32,000 nt of DNA, from positions 58,656-90,655 of the forward strand of contig ACYB01000021.1 in NCBI GenBank assembly GCA_000175855.1. Direction: 5' to 3'. Source of the DNA: Raphidiopsis brookii D9. GTDB taxonomy: Bacteria; Cyanobacteriota; Cyanobacteriia; Cyanobacteriales; Nostocaceae. Below the pieces are notes generated by a model, which saw only the letters and a program-made list of their open reading frames with translations, was not told where the DNA came from and searched no databases. Below are positions 29,488 through 32,000 of this stretch, piece after piece; the first letter of the stretch is position 1, and every line of letters begins with the position of its first letter. The translations under genes were made by a program, and so were the position numbers.

Positions 29488-29536
29488 GAATTATTGGGCT
29501 GCAAAACTCCTACGCTAGTAAAGCGGGGAGTTATGC

Positions 29537-30295
29537 TTATTTAATTTCTAGCAGTTGCCAAAAATGTTTCCAGCTCTGATAGCTGGATAGGTCCGGTAAA
29601 ATTTGGACTAGTGATAATAAAAGAGGGGTACCGGAAAGGTTGAGGTTGTTCACCAAATCTAGGTCTTTTTGAATTGCTTTGTCTGCTAGTTGTCTGTCTT
29701 GATTAAATTTGCCTAAATCTAATTTGAGACTTTTGGCAGTTTCTATGTATAGACTCTCCCCTAGCTGGTTTTGTTTAGTGAATAAGGTGTCATGGTACTG
29801 CCAAAACTTACCTTGTTGATGTGCAGCCCAGGCTGCTCGAGCAGCTGGTAATGCTTGACTGTGGATTTGAAAAAGGGGAAAGTGTTTATAAACTAGGGTA
29901 AACCGGTTAGGGTACTTATTCAATAAATTCTTGAGGGTTTTATGTGCTTCACTGCAATAGGGGCACTCGAAGTCAGAAAATTCTAGTAGAACAGTTTGTA
30001 GTTTTGATGAACCAATAGTAGGGGAGTTAGCAATAACATCCTGTGGGTTTTGACTGAAGTTTTTGATAAACTCTTGTCTTCTGGTGATAACTCTTTGCTG
30101 TTGTTCTTCTTGGTAGGCTTGAACAGCCTCGATAATGGTTATCGGGTTGCGACGGATAATTTCTAGTACTTGTTGTTCTAGTTTTAGATCTATCTGGGTT
30201 TGGGCATAGGTTGGTAATATCAAAGCAGACCACAATAAGGTACTCAGTAGAATACTGGATATACGAACTATCCAATTTTTAAAAACTTGACTCAT
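29537..30295 (-). CDS. DsbA-family thiol oxidoreductase, exported
   Basis: 252 aa; signal-peptide-like N-terminus, FSDFECPYCSEAHKTL (CPYC), HFPLFQIHSQALPAARAAWAAHQQGKFWQYHDTLF. Confidence 0.85.
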   Translation of the reverse strand: MSQVFKNWIVRISSILLSTLLWSALILPTYAQTQIDLKLEQQVLEIIRRNPITIIEAVQAYQEEQQQRVITRRQEFIKNFSQNPQDVIANSPTIGSSKLQTVLLEFSDFECPYCSEAHKTLKNLLNKYPNRFTLVYKHFPLFQIHSQALPAARAAWAAHQQGKFWQYHDTLFTKQNQLGESLYIETAKSLKLDLGKFNQDRQLADKAIQKDLDLVNNLNLSGTPLLLSLVQILPDLSSYQSWKHFWQLLEIK

Positions 30296-30395
30296 GACAA
30301 AATAGGAAATGGTTCTTAACCAGAGTAGCTTATGGTGATGTACAATAACTCTATTTATACCTTCTTTACATGTTCGGAGAGATAATTCTTAATTT

Positions 30396-30740
30396 ATGAA
30401 GTGCCTAGTTGAACTTTCAAACAAGGAAGCCAAAGACTACTTCTTAAAGGGAATTAGCTACTTTAATAGTAATATGCCAAAACACATTAAATTTGATACA
30501 ATTCTATATAATATCAGTTCACTACTAGACGGGAAATATTACCGTCAAAACGGTAGGGACCTTTTTGAGTGTCTACCATCTGGTTTGTCAGATGTAAATT
30601 ACAACTTTGCGACTAACAAGGATGGGAGGTTTGCTTGGAGACCACTAGAGTTAATACATCCAGCTATCTATGTTTCATTAGTGAATTTGATCTGTGAAGA
30701 TTCCAATATGGTCTTGCAAAAAAAACTCGATAACCCTTAA
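30396..30740 (+). pseudogene. N-terminal fragment of a larger unidentified accessory protein (possibly reverse-transcriptase-related)
   Basis: 114 aa ORF ...SDVNYNFATNKDGRFAWRPLELIHPAIYVSLVNLICEDSNMVLQKKLDNP then stop; the WRPLELIHPAIYVSLVN segment recalls an N-terminal region of some bacterial RT-like proteins. Weak family recall, no RT catalytic motif present. Confidence 0.3.
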
Positions 30741-30796
30741 AATATTAGTAAAGTTTCAGACTTCTGGCAGTAGTATAGGTTTTAGGTGGTATTAAA

Positions 30797-31084
30797 TTGG
30801 TTGAATCAAATCTCTTCTCAAAATTAGAGAATCTATTGAGGTCGCAAAACTTTAGAGAAGCTGACACAGAAACTCTAATAGATAATGTTCAATTTCTCAG
30901 AAAACTACGTAATTCCATAGCCCATTCCAATGTTAACATAGACAAAGATACTGGCTATATAAGATTCAAAAACTTTAACAAAAATAGGGACTGTGATTTT
31001 GAGGTTACCAATAATATTCCTGGACTTGCAAAGTTTGTTGAGGAAATTAGTGGGTTTTTCATTGATGAGAATAATATCATTTGA
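30797..31084 (+). CDS. HEPN-like small protein or fragment
   Basis: 95 aa (TTG start); LRKLRNSIAHSNVNIDKDTGYIRFKN contains an R-x4-H (RNSIAH) HEPN-type motif. Confidence 0.45.
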   Translation: MVESNLFSKLENLLRSQNFREADTETLIDNVQFLRKLRNSIAHSNVNIDKDTGYIRFKNFNKNRDCDFEVTNNIPGLAKFVEEISGFFIDENNII

Positions 31085-31110
31085 CAATTTAAAACGATTT
31101 TTTTAACCAG

Positions 31111-31236
31111 AAAAAACAGACTTTTATAAACAGTTATTTGGAATTGAATAGATATTTTCAATCCAAGCATTTCCGGGATAAAAAGGATATTGAAGAAAGA
31201 GCTGAGTATTTTGCTGATATTGCCCTAGGAACTTGG
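31111..31236 (+). pseudogene. C-terminal remnant resembling DUF1524/GmrSD-type HNH protein tail
   Basis: Frame reads KKQTFINSYLELNRYFQSKHFRDKKDIEERAEYFADIALGTWGYFG, which resembles the IxxRxxxLaxxAlxiW tail of DUF262/DUF1524 proteins; no upstream body in frame. Confidence 0.4.
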
Positions 31237-31254
31237 GGATATTTTGGTAATCAA

Positions 31255-31853
31255 TCAATTGCTAAGAGATCCAGTGTTTCCCGTGAAATTACTTCCAGGA
31301 ATTCCCGATTGACTGGCGATGAATTTCAATATTTCTGTTTCTAATGATGACAAACCGTCTAAAGTTTGTCGTAAAAATGTCATTAGATCAATATCTATAG
31401 AAGGTTGTTGTAGTTGCAGAAATTTATTAGTGTCACCTGCAAATAAATCTTGAATTAGATGTCCAACAATTTGTAAGTAACGCGGATTACCTTCATATAT
31501 ATCAATTAATTTCTGATATGTTCGTAGATATTTAAGTTGATACTTTTTGAGCAAATTGACAGCATCAGCACCTAACCCTGATAACTCCCAGGGGAAAACA
31601 TTCTGATAATTATTATTAGTCAACACCGACAATTCAGGAATCTTTTCACTGCTAATAAGAATGACGCAACTTTGGTTTTTGACACTAAATAATAGTTTAA
31701 ATAAATTACTGTATGGTTGATATTCCTATTGATATTGACCGGATAATTGTTGGTTTTTAAAAACACAGTTAATATCATCCAGGATGATTAAATATCGTCC
31801 TTGTGCCAAAGATTTTTTCAGATGGGAAAGTTGATAAGTGGAATTATTCTCGG
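31255..31853 (-). pseudogene. Degraded NB-ARC-like/STAND NTPase fragment
   Basis: Minus frame reads TYQLSHLKKSLAQGRYLIILDDINCVFKNQQLSGQYQ*EYQPYSNLFKLLFSVKNQSCVILISSEKIPELSVLTNNNYQNVFPWELSGLGADAVNLLKKYQ...LIDIYEGNPRYLQIVGHLIQDLFAG...; Walker-B-like LIILDD, in-frame TAG at complement(31726..31728), no Walker A N-terminus. Confidence 0.6.
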
Positions 31854-31858
31854 TAATG

Positions 31859-31889
31859 AAAAGCTCCTCACCTGGTGGGGAGCTTTTTT
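31859..31889. terminator. Near-perfect 31 bp palindrome with flanking A5/T5, bidirectional intrinsic-terminator-like
   Basis: AAAAAGCTCCTCACCTGGTGGGGAGCTTTTT: arms pair throughout with one G-T wobble. Confidence 0.75.
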
Positions 31890-31948
31890 ATGGGTGAGAA
31901 AATACATGTTTTTAAAAACTAGATGCTTTTAGTCGGTTTGTTGGGAGG

Positions 31949-32000
31949 GCGATCTCGCGTAGCGAGTACTTCGTAAACGCGCATGGCAAGTGCTTCGCAA
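31949..32000. repeat. Cyanobacterial interspersed palindromic repeat-like sequence, truncated by window edge
   Basis: gagggcgatctcgcgtagcgagtacttcgtaaacgcgcatggcaagtgcttcgcaa: GC-rich, dense in GCG/CGC, contains TCGCGTAGCGA palindrome. Confidence 0.5.

Noticed and set aside
1-32000. CRISPR array, tRNA or rRNA
   Set aside because: No regularly spaced direct repeats and no tRNA or rRNA signatures noticed while reading the intergenic regions; a tRNAscan/Infernal run would be decisive.

Overview
This 32 kb window is a chromosomal segment from a filamentous, probably heterocyst-forming cyanobacterium. No CRISPR array, tRNA or rRNA was recognised. The main content is the beta-carboxysome / inorganic-carbon locus: ccmK-ccmK-ccmL-ccmM-ccmN-ccmO followed by an RbcR-type LysR gene and trpD. 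Divergent from it is an ndhF-ndhD-CO2-hydration-protein (NDH-1MS type) operon. Flanking genes are a cobalamin CbiE/CbiT fusion (partial), a beta-CASP metallo-hydrolase, rsmA-ispE-DUF3082, an AraC-type response regulator plus PAS histidine kinase, a HetP homolog next to a TrpC paralog, an Orn/Lys/Arg decarboxylase, prs, a CBS protein, a retropepsin-like protein, carA, STAS, mini-RNase III, rlmB, DUF1816 and a DsbA-like protein. From about 30.4 kb the sequence becomes a decayed accessory region with HEPN-like, DUF1524-like and NB-ARC-like remnants and repeat DNA. I did not find a clear new multi-gene system. The best leads are a response regulator whose phospho-acceptor Asp is Glu, a TrpC paralog with a rewritten phosphate-binding loop beside a HetP homolog, a long imperfect hairpin just upstream of the mini-RNase III gene, an internal GTG start and redox cysteine sets in ccmM, a likely ATT start in a STAS gene, and a C10 slippery tract in the beta-CASP gene.
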